Assembly: GCF_001481685.1 (NCBI RefSeq)
Contig: NZ_CP006867.1
Coordinates: forward strand, 690,001-722,000
DNA from: Ignicoccus islandicus DSM 13165
GTDB lineage: Archaea > Thermoproteota > Thermoprotei_A > Sulfolobales > Ignicoccaceae
Reading direction: 5' to 3'
DNA length: 32,000 nucleotides
Under the pieces are notes generated by a model that did not search any database, was not told the origin of the DNA, and saw only the letters and a list, made by a program, of their open reading frames with translations. This document shows, piece by piece, positions 1 to 9,589 of the stretch; within the stretch, counting starts at the first letter, position 1, and every line of letters starts with the position of its first letter. The translations under genes were made by a program, and so were the position numbers.

Positions 1-2
1 AC

Positions 3-140
3 GGCGTACCAATTGCTCCGTTCTACGAACCTCCCAACAGTAGTCAAGTTAGCTCGAGCGTGCCCTCAACTCCTCTAGCAGTATTCCTTTACCCCTTACT
101 TAGATCTATTAGGAACTATATGATAAGGAAAATCAGGTAG
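3..140 (+). CDS. 3' end of an upstream hypothetical protein (partial)
   Basis: Open frame from the window edge to TAG at 138-140, reading ...GVPIAPFYEPPNSSQVSSSVPSTPLAVFLYPLLRSIRNYMIRKIR*. Too short to identify. Confidence 0.35.
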   Translation, partial: GVPIAPFYEPPNSSQVSSSVPSTPLAVFLYPLLRSIRNYMIRKIR

Positions 141-168
141 CGTTTTAACTAATACGTCCTTCCGCTCC

Positions 169-1116
169 TTGACTGATAGAGGCGAGAAGCAAGTGAACGA
201 CCTCGAGCTATACTTGAAGGCCGGTGAGGCCGTTTCCAAGGCTCTTGAACGAGGTTTCGAGTTAGTAAAACCCAACGCGAGCGTTCTGGAGATATGCGAA
301 GAAGTGGAAGACGTTATTAGGAAACTGTCAGATGGTCCAGCCTTCCCATGTAACCTGAGCGTTTCCTATGAAGCGGCGCACTATTCACCTATACCAGACG
401 ACAACAAGAAACTGCCCGAGAAAGGTATAGTAAAACTTGACTTAGGCGCACATGTACAAGGCAGGATAGCGGATGCAGCTATAAGCATTGTTCTAGACGA
501 AAGCGTTAAGAAGCACGTGAAACTGTCTAACGCCGTTAAAATGGCATTACATAGAGCTATCGAGAAAGTCAAACCGAACGTACCGGTCGCTCTAATCGGT
601 TCTACCATTAACTATACGCTTAAGAAGGAGGGTTTCAAGCCTATCAGGAACTTAGGTGGACACAGTCTGGGTTTGTACTTAGTTCACTCGGGCGTAAGCA
701 TTCCCAACGTACCGGAGAGACTACCATTTAGATTAGAGAAAGGAGGTGCTTATGCAATAGAACCGTTCGGTACGGATGGTGCGGGATACGTTGTAGAGGG
801 AGAAGAAGTAACGATATTCTCGCTAAATCCTCGACCCCCGAAACACTCCTTACTAAAGGTAAGCGATGAGGAGAAACATTTAATGGTTGAAATAGAAAAT
901 AGGTTCAAGACGTTACCATTCTCTCCGCGATGGCTGCTAGACGTTTACCCCTATGATAGACTGATCGAAATATTAGCGTCATTGACCAAGAAGGGAATTC
1001 TGATAGATTACCCCGTGTTACTAGAGGCGAAGAGAGGAGAAGTAGCTCAATGGGAACACACTATACTTATAACTGATAAGGAAGCGATCGTCACCACGAA
1101 GACTTCTTTGCATTGA
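169..1116 (+). CDS. map: Methionine aminopeptidase, type II (archaeal). True start may be slightly downstream of 169.
   Basis: Contains KLDLGAHVQGRIADAAISI, NLGGHSLGLYLVHSG and YAIEPFGTDGAGYV, typical of the archaeal MetAP2 metal-binding fold. Confidence 0.93.
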   Translation: MTDRGEKQVNDLELYLKAGEAVSKALERGFELVKPNASVLEICEEVEDVIRKLSDGPAFPCNLSVSYEAAHYSPIPDDNKKLPEKGIVKLDLGAHVQGRIADAAISIVLDESVKKHVKLSNAVKMALHRAIEKVKPNVPVALIGSTINYTLKKEGFKPIRNLGGHSLGLYLVHSGVSIPNVPERLPFRLEKGGAYAIEPFGTDGAGYVVEGEEVTIFSLNPRPPKHSLLKVSDEEKHLMVEIENRFKTLPFSPRWLLDVYPYDRLIEILASLTKKGILIDYPVLLEAKRGEVAQWEHTILITDKEAIVTTKTSLH

Positions 1117-1131
1117 TCTTACGGTGAGAGG

Positions 1132-2250
1132 TTGTTCGGAGAATGGTTCTTGTTAAGGCCTGATGCAATAAGTGTGTGGAAGGATCCTGAAGTAAATAGA
1201 AGACTGAAATGGTATAAATCAGTAATGCTTAACAAGAGGCAAGCGAAGTTCCTAATAGCTAGGTCGATCCCGAGCGGTTATACCTTCAAAGAATTAACGA
1301 AACTAACAGAGGAAGAACTCTGGAGACTACACTCATCCTTAAAGAAGGAATTCTCGTATAAGTGGGAAGAGGCTAGGAAGGGCGAATGGTTCAAAACAGT
1401 AGAAGGTAACTTCCTAGACTTGAAGGCCGTTCTTGTACGGAAACTGGTATCGCCGAAATGTCGCTTGTGCGAAAGGCGTTGCAACGTTGATCGATCAAAG
1501 AGAATAGGTGCTTGTTTCGTTGACGATAAAGTTTACGTGCATTCGGCGTTTCTTCATTTAGGCGAGGAAGCGCCGTTGGTACCGTCAGGCACCATTTTCT
1601 ACGGGGGTTGTCCGTTTAAGTGCGTCTTTTGTCAGAATTGGGACGTGAGTCAAGCTAACGCTAGGAACGGACAGATTACGTACGCGAAAGAACTTGCTAG
1701 AATACAAGAAGGTCTTAGATTAGAGGGAGCTAGGAACGTGAATCACGTAGGTGGAGATCCTATTCCATCAGCTCACGAAATAGTTTCTTCAATGAGATTT
1801 TTGAACGTAAACGTTCCACAACTATGGAACAGCAACATGTATATGACTTCCGAATTGATGGATATAATAGAGGATCTGATAGACATATGGCTCCCCGACT
1901 TCAAATACTGGAACGATAATTGCGCATTGAGACTCTCAGGTGTGAAGAATTATAGAGAAGTGGTCACTAGAAACATCGAAAGAGCCTCAAAGAGCGGAGA
2001 CGTGATAATAAGGCATCTAATACTACCGAACCATCTGGAATGCGACACTTTCCCCATACTTGAGTGGATAGCTAAGAACTTGAAAGACAAGGTCCTAGTC
2101 AATATTATGGATCAATACAGACCCGAATATTTGGTGCTAAGGTATCCCGAAAGGTGGCCAGATATCGCACGAACACCGACTCTCGAGGAAGTAAGGGCGG
2201 CTAGGGAGTATGCATCGGAATTAGGAATTGTATGGGAGCCCGTGAGCTAA
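1132..2250 (+). CDS. Radical SAM protein of the PflX-like / pyruvate formate-lyase activating enzyme-related family (COG1313-like)
   Basis: CPFKCVFCQNW (CxxxCxxC radical SAM motif), an N-terminal Cys cluster CRLCERRCNVDRSKRIGAC, and NVNHVGGDPIPSAHEIV. Confidence 0.85.
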   Translation: MFGEWFLLRPDAISVWKDPEVNRRLKWYKSVMLNKRQAKFLIARSIPSGYTFKELTKLTEEELWRLHSSLKKEFSYKWEEARKGEWFKTVEGNFLDLKAVLVRKLVSPKCRLCERRCNVDRSKRIGACFVDDKVYVHSAFLHLGEEAPLVPSGTIFYGGCPFKCVFCQNWDVSQANARNGQITYAKELARIQEGLRLEGARNVNHVGGDPIPSAHEIVSSMRFLNVNVPQLWNSNMYMTSELMDIIEDLIDIWLPDFKYWNDNCALRLSGVKNYREVVTRNIERASKSGDVIIRHLILPNHLECDTFPILEWIAKNLKDKVLVNIMDQYRPEYLVLRYPERWPDIARTPTLEEVRAAREYASELGIVWEPVS

Positions 2251-2269
2251 GAGGTAATACCTTATACGT

Positions 2270-4423
2270 ATGATGAAGCTAAAGGGCAGAATAAGAGTGA
2301 AGCTCAGCAGGTTAAGAGCACCAGAAGAATTAGCGAAGTTAACTATTACGTTAGCGATAGTCGTTTCAATAATAGTCGCATTAGCAATAGTTTACGTTAA
2401 CCTAACTGATATAGCGATTGTGATGGTTAACGGAGACGTAATATTAAAGGGAAAAGTTAGCTCGAACGAGGTCTTATATGCTTATGTAATTAGAGAAAGC
2501 GCGCGTCCACTAATCTCTTATATTGACCCGAGTTTACCATTAATCAAGTACCCGCTTATTGCGCTCGATGACGAAGCCACCGTTATTGACGCTATTCCTC
2601 TCGTAACATGTGAGACCTACACGAGACTCATAAAAAATGAGGTAATTGCAACCTATATGTGTAATGGAAAATCCTTCATGAAGGTAGTATCACCCCAATT
2701 GTCCACCATTTCATTAATTGGAGGTAACGTAACTTCGATTTCTTTGGAATTCTTCCCTAATCATTTGCTAAGTTATGATTTCGATAGTACTACTCTTAGG
2801 ATGAAAGCGCTTCTCCCATTTCTAAATATGAGCTATACTCTCTCACTAAAACTGAAAGGATGTTCTATAATGAACGTTAAAGCGACTCCTTGGAGTAAGT
2901 TAATAATATACACACAACCTACAGCGAATAGTTGTAAGATAGAGTTACGTAACCTAAGTTTATGTTTCGAAGGTATTACTGAATATATGGAGAAAAGCTG
3001 TCAACCCTCACCTTTATTCGTGAGGTTTCTTGCTTATTCTATGAACGGATTAATGAACGTGATTGCGATCATAATAATGCCCCTGATCGCAGTAATTACG
3101 TGGAGAAAAATAAGAAACGAGTTGAGAACCCCACGTGGTTTCTTCGTCTTCGTCATTTTAATGAGCTTCATGGGATCAATAACTGCTCTTCATTGGGATG
3201 CCATAATGAGTTACTATTTCGCTAAGTATTCTTTCGATCCTATTTCTCTCTATAAATGGACTTATTCGAATCAACTGATGGCTAAGGTGAAGCTCCCGAG
3301 CCATTATCCTATGTTCGCAGGCTACACATACATAACGCCTTGGATAGCCATTCTATTATTCCCACTCTCATTTATTCAATCGCTTTTCAATCCAACAGGT
3401 TTTCTATATACTCTTACGCCGGATGCGTTAACTCTCGGTATGTACTCACTTTGGACGTTTAAACTCAATCACCTAATATACTATTTTACACTAGGATTAT
3501 GGTTCGGCATTTTCTTGTATGCCACATATCTTATTGCGAAAAGGATATTTGAAGAAGAGAAAGTATTGATGTTTATGTATTCGCCCTTTACCGTTCTAAT
3601 AACATTTTATTGGAAGATGTTTGAACCAATGCTTCTACTCTTTTTAGTCTTAGTGATATATATGGTTTCAAAAAGTAAGAAGCATTACTTGATTTCCGGC
3701 TTCTTTGGTGGAATCGTTACTACTAAAGTATATGGAACTATCTACCTTCTCCCTTTTATAAAATATATTTCTAAGAGGAAATTGGTTTTAGCTCTCCTTG
3801 GCATATTAATTTCCTATATTCCTTCTTTAATAATAGTAAAGAGCCTCGGATTGGATAAATTCATTTTCATTACGTTGTACTATCAAAGCCATAGAGAGAT
3901 AGCAGCGGTTAACTACTTCCCACTGATTCTAGGGGAGCCTATTAAAATAATAACCTCGTTCGGTAACTTGGCTATGGTAATTGAAATATTTCTATTTGTC
4001 TTAGTGTTTGCGCTTTTCTTAAAGTACGGTCGTATAAGATCTATAAGAGATCATCTAATCTGGTCTATTGCAATGATAGTCCCTTATATGATTTTCAACA
4101 AAATCGTTTCGCCTCAAAACTACTTGTTTATGTTATTTTCACTCTACGTATTAGGTTTAACAGAACTGGCGAACTTGCTTTCAATCACTCTAACCCTTTA
4201 CGTAATTTCGGTGTTTCCAACCGTTTTCTACTTTGCACTTTCTGGAATGACGTATTTGGGTAAGTACTATTTCTATGCTAAGGGCAGTGTGTTTTCAGTT
4301 ATTGCCTACCTCTTCGAAGCCTTTGTTAGACCAATAGCTTGGTCCTTTTTGGTTGCCATGATAATTGTTATCAATGGAATCGCTTTAATGAGGGTACTAG
4401 AAGAAGCCCTCACGGAGAAATAA
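2270..4423 (+). CDS. Large multi-pass membrane protein, possibly a GT-C glycosyltransferase-like predicted integral membrane protein
   Basis: 717-aa ORF with an N-terminal TM, an extracytoplasmic-looking domain and many hydrophobic helices (for example YITPWIAILLFPLSFIQSLF, VLMFMYSPFTVLITFYWKMFEPMLLLFLVLVIYMV). Confidence 0.6.
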   Translation: MMKLKGRIRVKLSRLRAPEELAKLTITLAIVVSIIVALAIVYVNLTDIAIVMVNGDVILKGKVSSNEVLYAYVIRESARPLISYIDPSLPLIKYPLIALDDEATVIDAIPLVTCETYTRLIKNEVIATYMCNGKSFMKVVSPQLSTISLIGGNVTSISLEFFPNHLLSYDFDSTTLRMKALLPFLNMSYTLSLKLKGCSIMNVKATPWSKLIIYTQPTANSCKIELRNLSLCFEGITEYMEKSCQPSPLFVRFLAYSMNGLMNVIAIIIMPLIAVITWRKIRNELRTPRGFFVFVILMSFMGSITALHWDAIMSYYFAKYSFDPISLYKWTYSNQLMAKVKLPSHYPMFAGYTYITPWIAILLFPLSFIQSLFNPTGFLYTLTPDALTLGMYSLWTFKLNHLIYYFTLGLWFGIFLYATYLIAKRIFEEEKVLMFMYSPFTVLITFYWKMFEPMLLLFLVLVIYMVSKSKKHYLISGFFGGIVTTKVYGTIYLLPFIKYISKRKLVLALLGILISYIPSLIIVKSLGLDKFIFITLYYQSHREIAAVNYFPLILGEPIKIITSFGNLAMVIEIFLFVLVFALFLKYGRIRSIRDHLIWSIAMIVPYMIFNKIVSPQNYLFMLFSLYVLGLTELANLLSITLTLYVISVFPTVFYFALSGMTYLGKYYFYAKGSVFSVIAYLFEAFVRPIAWSFLVAMIIVINGIALMRVLEEALTEK

Positions 4424-4425
4424 AG

Positions 4426-4884
4426 TTGGTATGTGTAGCTATAGTTGATACGACCTTCTCTAGGGTAGACATGGCGTCGGAAGCGATAAAGGTTTTGAGG
4501 AAAAAGGTTCCTGGACTCAAAGTAAAACGGTATACAGTGCCTGGCATAAAGGACATTGCAGTAGCAGTAAAGAAACTATTCGACGAAGGATGCGACGCAG
4601 CAATGACCTTCGGGTGGGTTGGGCCTACTCAAACAGATAAGTACTCTTACTTAGCTATGTCCATAGCCTTACAAATGGTTCAGATAAACTATGGACGACA
4701 CGTAATAGACGTAACTGTTCATGAAGACGAAGCTGAACCAATTAAGTTGAAGGAAATAGCACTAGGAAGGGCGCGGGAACACGCCGAGAACCTCGCAGTA
4801 ATTCTAACTAAGGGCCCTCAAGGCTTAACGCCTCTCGCCGGAACCGGTCAAAGACAAGGTTGGCCTGATGTAGGACCTCTATGA
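4426..4884 (+). CDS. ribC: Archaeal-type riboflavin synthase (RibC family, related to lumazine synthase)
   Basis: VAIVDTTFSRVDMA, VPGIKDIAVAVKKLFDEGCDAAMTFGWVG, DVTVHEDEA and HAENLAVILTKGPQGLTPLAG. Likely TTG start at 4426; the listed upstream start overlaps the previous gene. Confidence 0.88.
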   Translation: MVCVAIVDTTFSRVDMASEAIKVLRKKVPGLKVKRYTVPGIKDIAVAVKKLFDEGCDAAMTFGWVGPTQTDKYSYLAMSIALQMVQINYGRHVIDVTVHEDEAEPIKLKEIALGRAREHAENLAVILTKGPQGLTPLAGTGQRQGWPDVGPL

Positions 4885-4932
4885 AGGGTTGGTATATTTA
4901 ACCTTCAAGATGAATTTCCCTTTGGTGTCTGC

Positions 4933-5319
4933 TTGAAGAAGAAACCCAGTACGGAAAAGAGCAAGGAAGTGACGCTTCCCGGCGAAGGCGAAGTGTTGTG
5001 TATAGTTGAGAGAATAATAGGAGCTGACTACGCACTGATTAGGTGTCTTGACGATCCAGAGAGAGTTAGGAAAGCTAGAATCCCCGGAAGAATGAGAAGG
5101 AGAGTTTGGATAAGAGAAGGAGATATAGTAATTGCTGCAGTATGGGACTTCCAGCCAGATAGGGCTGACATTACTTATAGGTATCAACGAGACGAATTGA
5201 AGAGACTTATTGCAAAGGGTTTGTTACCCAAGGAAATAGCCGAATTAGCTAACATAACTGAAGAAGAAATTCAAGCTACCTTACAGCAACTCACAATGGA
5301 GGAGGGTGAGGAGGAGTGA
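4933..5319 (+). CDS. eif1A: Translation initiation factor aIF-1A
   Basis: GEGEVLCIVERIIGADYALIRCLDDPERVRKARIPGRMRRRVWIREGDIVIAAVWDFQPDRADITYRY matches the S1/OB fold of eIF1A. Confidence 0.93.
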   Translation: MKKKPSTEKSKEVTLPGEGEVLCIVERIIGADYALIRCLDDPERVRKARIPGRMRRRVWIREGDIVIAAVWDFQPDRADITYRYQRDELKRLIAKGLLPKEIAELANITEEEIQATLQQLTMEEGEEE

Positions 5320-6245
5320 GCAAGAAAGTGGATGAGTTCGTAACGAAAACCGAGGAAGAACTCGAAAAGCCTACCGAGGAGGAACTAGAGGAACTAGAAA
5401 AGGAGTTAGAGGAAGAGACGGAGGAAGAAGAGCTGCTCGAGGAAGTAGAGGAGAAGAGCCCACCACCCAAGGAATTAGTTCAGAAGAGAAAGTTCTTAAA
5501 GCGTCAAAAGGATAAGGACATGTTTGAAACTGTAGAGGAGGTATTCGATACCTCAACTCTTATGGCTGTTTACGAACTGATGAGGAGAGGCGTTATAGGT
5601 GAACTTTTCGGAACGATCTCTGCAGGGAAGGAGGCTAGGGTTTACTGTGCAAAGTCTCCGGAAGGAAAGGATCTCGCAGTAAAGATATATCTAACTAACA
5701 CAGCCGAGTTCAGGAAAGGCATCAGGAAATACATTCTAGGAGACCCTCGCTTCGAACAAATAGCTAACAGAGGACTTAGGAGACTTATCTACGCATGGGC
5801 TAGGAAGGAGTTTAGGAACTTGAAGAGATTCGCTAAGGCTGGTATTAGGGTACCGGAGCCTATATCTGTCTATAAAAACGTACTCGTAATGGAGTTCATT
5901 GGTGAGAACTGCAAACGTGCCCCACTCTTAGTCGAGCTAGCCAAACCAGAGAACAAGCTAAGCACTGAAGAATGGCAAAAGATATTCGATACGGTCGTTG
6001 ATTACATGGTCAAAATGTATCAGAAAGCTAAATTAGTACACGCGGACTTAAACGAGTTCAATATAATGTACTGGCAAGGCGAACCTGTAATAATAGACGT
6101 CAGTCAAGCGGTACCTCTAAGCCACCCCTATGCAGACGAGTTCTTAAGACACGACATACAGCAAATTAGGAGGTTCTTCAGTTCCGTTGGCGTGGAGGTT
6201 CCTAGCTTCGCCGAACTTTACTCTAAGATAACTGGCATGGAATGA
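5316..6245 (+). CDS. rio1: RIO1-type serine protein kinase
   Basis: ISAGKEARVYCAKS, LAVKIYLTNTAEFRKGIRKYILGD, LVHADLNEFNIMYW and VIIDVSQAV (RIO1 signatures). N-terminus is strongly Glu-rich. Overlaps eif1A. Confidence 0.93.
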   Translation: MSKKVDEFVTKTEEELEKPTEEELEELEKELEEETEEEELLEEVEEKSPPPKELVQKRKFLKRQKDKDMFETVEEVFDTSTLMAVYELMRRGVIGELFGTISAGKEARVYCAKSPEGKDLAVKIYLTNTAEFRKGIRKYILGDPRFEQIANRGLRRLIYAWARKEFRNLKRFAKAGIRVPEPISVYKNVLVMEFIGENCKRAPLLVELAKPENKLSTEEWQKIFDTVVDYMVKMYQKAKLVHADLNEFNIMYWQGEPVIIDVSQAVPLSHPYADEFLRHDIQQIRRFFSSVGVEVPSFAELYSKITGME

Positions 6246-6267
6246 CGTGGTTAAATTCGATGATGAG

Positions 6268-6993
6268 TCATGCCCGGAACGAGTTTTTCGATGACTTAAA
6301 AAACTTCCTCTGAACGCCCCATTCGCTAGGCCAAGGTACGTATTTCCATAACTTGTACCTTATTGGTACAATTAATTTACGCAAAGTATTGAGCGAATTG
6401 CTCTTTACGTAACCTGGAAAGCCGTAAAAGCACTTCCCCGGCTCGAGATCTATGTCCCAACACCCCTCTTTAGGAAGATCAATTAAAATGGGTGCTTCCG
6501 TAAGTCTATTCCCTATAACTTTCCCAGGAACCTCGTAGTACTTAGCGCACCCCAATATGGGGACGGTAACCCAACAGCAATGGAACGGAACTTCCTTTAC
6601 TATTAAGAAAGGAACGCCTAACTCCTCCTTTAACCTCTCCAGCGCTCTCTCAGGTTCCGTTAATACTTTAAATCCATTCTCACTTAAGAAAGCTGGCTCT
6701 ATGAAGTACCTCTCACCCCTCTTCACTACTATGGCCCTTCCGTGCAATTTGTAAAGGCCTTTCGATAACGGGACGGGGTCCACTTCCTCGTAGGGTACTT
6801 CGAGGAAATCTATTACTTCGCCTACTCTCATGCTAGCCTCTACTCTAGATGGTTCTAAACCGTATATAGAAGCTATAACCTTGGCCTTCAAGCTGTATTC
6901 GTTCCATTTAATTTCGGTTAAGAAATCATCCATTTCCGAAATATGACAGATCAAACCCTTTTTCGCTTCCCTATAACTTTTCAATCTCTTCAA
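6268..6993 (-). CDS. Hypothetical protein, 241 aa
   Basis: Long ORF overlapping the next minus-strand gene by 4 nt, so likely co-transcribed. No family recognised. Confidence 0.7.
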   Translation of the reverse strand: MKRLKSYREAKKGLICHISEMDDFLTEIKWNEYSLKAKVIASIYGLEPSRVEASMRVGEVIDFLEVPYEEVDPVPLSKGLYKLHGRAIVVKRGERYFIEPAFLSENGFKVLTEPERALERLKEELGVPFLIVKEVPFHCCWVTVPILGCAKYYEVPGKVIGNRLTEAPILIDLPKEGCWDIDLEPGKCFYGFPGYVKSNSLNTLRKLIVPIRYKLWKYVPWPSEWGVQRKFFKSSKNSFRA

Positions 6994-7781
6994 TAGTATT
7001 CCCTCTCACCTAGCTTGACCTCTACGTGATCGCCCTCCAAATCTATTATAGCGAAGTATAGCTTGCCCCATTCGGCTTCCGAACCTGGATTAACGACTAC
7101 GGTTCTACCTATCTTCCCGTAGCCTCTGGATTCGTGTATGTGACCGTGAAGTGATAGCAACGGTTGCTTTTCCTCAATCCATTTTCGGACGGAAGTGGAT
7201 CCCACGTGGCCTCCGCCGTGATAGTTACTCACATCTACAACTCCTCTCGGTGGAGTATGTGAAACTAAGATATCTGCTTCGTGAGGTAAGCATTCCCATA
7301 CGTCCTCCTCGCTCCCCTCTCTATAAGTTCCAAAAGGAGTATATGGCACTAGACTGCATCCGTCTATTCTCAACCCCCTAAAATCCATAGGCTTGGAAGC
7401 CTCCTTCAAGGCCTCGTTCATAAGCCAATGGTCAACGTTTCCAGCAATTACGAAGTAATTGATATCGTGCAGAGATTCCAACCACTGTTTCACCCTATCG
7501 TGAGCTGCTTTAGCTAACAAACCCGGAGCCCTGGCTTCTATTTCCCTATTGCTCGCATCTACCACGTAACCTCCAGACGCCTCGAACTTATCTCTCCCCA
7601 TTGATAGATCCTTACGTCTTCCCCATACGCATTTGCAAACTGAATCTAAATTACAAACGCACTTACCCGTTAGGTCTCCTGAGACAATTAGTAGGTCCGC
7701 TCCTAATTCTCTGTATAGTCTTTTAGTCAATTCGAAAGCTTTCGTTGATCCGTGAAGGTCGCTTACGTGAAGGATCCTCAA
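6990..7781 (-). CDS. Calcineurin-like metallophosphoesterase
   Basis: MRILHVSDLHGS, ADLLIVSGDLTG, FVIAGNVDH, ILVSHTPPRG and LLSLHGHIHESRG metallophosphoesterase motifs. Confidence 0.9.
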   Translation of the reverse strand: MRILHVSDLHGSTKAFELTKRLYRELGADLLIVSGDLTGKCVCNLDSVCKCVWGRRKDLSMGRDKFEASGGYVVDASNREIEARAPGLLAKAAHDRVKQWLESLHDINYFVIAGNVDHWLMNEALKEASKPMDFRGLRIDGCSLVPYTPFGTYREGSEEDVWECLPHEADILVSHTPPRGVVDVSNYHGGGHVGSTSVRKWIEEKQPLLSLHGHIHESRGYGKIGRTVVVNPGSEAEWGKLYFAIIDLEGDHVEVKLGEREYY

Positions 7782-7822
7782 AGCTATAACGCCCCGAGAG
7801 TAGTTGAATATCGAAAGTTATT

Positions 7823-7882
7823 AGGGGATGAAGAGTGACTCCAATTCAGAGAGATGAAGAGTTTCCGCCCCTCCTGATCCCT
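7823..7882 (+). ncRNA. Candidate C/D box sRNA (2'-O-methylation guide)
   Basis: Box C-like GGGATGA (7825-7831), D'-like CAGA (7847-7850), C'-like GAGATGA (7851-7857) and perfect D CTGA (7874-7877). Spacers are 15 and 16 nt, and AGG/CCT terminal bases could pair. Lies in an intergenic gap. Confidence 0.45.
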
Positions 7883-7930
7883 CAAATACATGAACCCTAG
7901 CCACAGACTGCTTTTAGATGGGAGTCTAAG

Positions 7931-8527
7931 ATGCGCGCTGGTGTTTTAGCCTTACAAGGTGGTGTAGTGGAACATTTACATATGTTAAAGAAAGCAGCAG
8001 AGAAGCTTTCGATCAATGTTGAATTGATTGAGGTTAGGAGCAAGAGCGACTTAGAGCAAGTAGACGTATTAGTAATACCCGGTGGCGAAAGTACTGCTAT
8101 TTATAGACTCTCTAAGAGGTTGGGATTGATAGAACCCCTCAAGGAGAAGATACTGGAGGGAACGCCTACTCTCGGAACATGCGCTGGTGCAGCCGCTTTG
8201 GCTAAACAAGTAGTTGACGCGCAAAGTCATAAGGAATATGAACCTATCCTGGGCGTAATGGACGTAAAGGTGATCAGAAACTATTTTGGAAGACAAAGAG
8301 AAAGTTTCGAAGCAGACCTTAATATCAATGGTATAGGCCAATTCAGAGGAATCTTCATACGAGCACCCGTTATTGAACCGCTTAGTAGTAGCGTTGAAGT
8401 GCTTGCTAAGTTCAAGGACGTAACAGTGGCAGCGAGACAAGGCAACGTCATCGCCACTTCTTTCCATCCAGAACTCACGTCCGATACTAGAATCCATCAG
8501 ATGCTATTTGAGATGGTAAAGAAATAA
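7931..8527 (+). CDS. pdxT: Pyridoxal 5'-phosphate synthase glutaminase subunit PdxT
   Basis: AGVLALQGGVVEH, VLVIPGGESTAIYRL, PTLGTCAGAA, IRAPVIE and TSFHPELTSD. Confidence 0.93.
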   Translation: MRAGVLALQGGVVEHLHMLKKAAEKLSINVELIEVRSKSDLEQVDVLVIPGGESTAIYRLSKRLGLIEPLKEKILEGTPTLGTCAGAAALAKQVVDAQSHKEYEPILGVMDVKVIRNYFGRQRESFEADLNINGIGQFRGIFIRAPVIEPLSSSVEVLAKFKDVTVAARQGNVIATSFHPELTSDTRIHQMLFEMVKK

Positions 8528-8572
8528 AACTATTTAAAATATGAGATAATCTCCCTTTTAGGAAACGAAGTA

Positions 8573-9571
8573 ATGGATAGGAGAATACTTTTCGCTCTTT
8601 CACTAATTGCGGTCAGTACCGAAATAGTAATTGGTCTTAGCATTGACAAGTTCTGGAGCGTCAAGTTACAAGGCACGGAAGGAATAAAGTTTTCGGCAGA
8701 CGGTTACCTAGGCGTAGCCGGAACTGATGGATGTGCGTACGTATTTGATATCCAAGGGAACTTACGTCAGAAGGTGTGTCGAACGGAAGGCATGTCTGAC
8801 GTATCGTCTTTTAAAAACATATTTGCTTTCTCATGTTACGATGGCTACGTTTACGTGATCGATCCAGAGAAGGGATTGGTTGGCGCTCACTTCGTTGGGT
8901 TTGGGAGTAGCGATGCGATTACGTTACTATCAGATGGATACATTGCGTGCAAATGGGATTGCGTCTACTATAAGTTAGGGGAGATTCGTTGGAAGCTCCC
9001 ACTTCATTGGGTTGAGAACGGACCTGCAGTTTACATGAAAACAGTTTATATTCCCGAAAGAGACCTTAAGGAGTTGCTAATAGTATCTTTAGGAAACGGT
9101 GAAATTAGATATCGAATAAGGTTTAGGTCTCCGGTTTGGCATGCAACCGTATGTTCCGGAAACCTCGCAGTGGCAACTTCTAATAGCGTTTATATATTTG
9201 AAATTTTCGATCTGACGAAGCCACGTGAAATACTTGCAATTAATGCAAGCAAACCGTTTAGAGTATCTTTCTCTCCAGATTGTAACTACATAGCTATCGC
9301 GGACGCTTCGAGGTACCTAAAGGTATACGACCTCAAAGGAAACCTAACCCTTAGCATAGAGCTCTCTAATAACGCTACTTCCGTTGATTGGTGGAGCCGA
9401 TACATTGCCGTAGCGCTCGCAGATGGTACAGTCGAGGTTTACGTTATACATGTACCCTTGTTCAAGTCACTCTCTGAGTACTTCTTGCCTATATTAGTGC
9501 TACCGCTACTACTAGCGATCTCTGGAATCATACTTTATAAGAGGAAAAAGGATTCTTATTTAAAATTCTAG
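8573..9571 (+). CDS. Predicted secreted/membrane-anchored beta-propeller (WD40/PQQ-like) protein
   Basis: N-terminal hydrophobic signal, repeated blades such as FSADGYLGVAGTDGCAYVFD and SFSPDCNYIAIADASRYLKVYDLKGNL, and a C-terminal TM with basic tail (ILVLPLLLAISGIILYKRKK). Confidence 0.75.
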   Translation: MDRRILFALSLIAVSTEIVIGLSIDKFWSVKLQGTEGIKFSADGYLGVAGTDGCAYVFDIQGNLRQKVCRTEGMSDVSSFKNIFAFSCYDGYVYVIDPEKGLVGAHFVGFGSSDAITLLSDGYIACKWDCVYYKLGEIRWKLPLHWVENGPAVYMKTVYIPERDLKELLIVSLGNGEIRYRIRFRSPVWHATVCSGNLAVATSNSVYIFEIFDLTKPREILAINASKPFRVSFSPDCNYIAIADASRYLKVYDLKGNLTLSIELSNNATSVDWWSRYIAVALADGTVEVYVIHVPLFKSLSEYFLPILVLPLLLAISGIILYKRKKDSYLKF

Positions 9572-9589
9572 CCTAGTAATGGTACTAAC

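Noticed and set aside
381-5556. Antisense ORFs at 381-608, 1278-1484, 4879-5187 and 5371-5556
   Set aside because: Short, opposite to confidently identified map, radical SAM, eif1A and rio1 genes, with no motifs.
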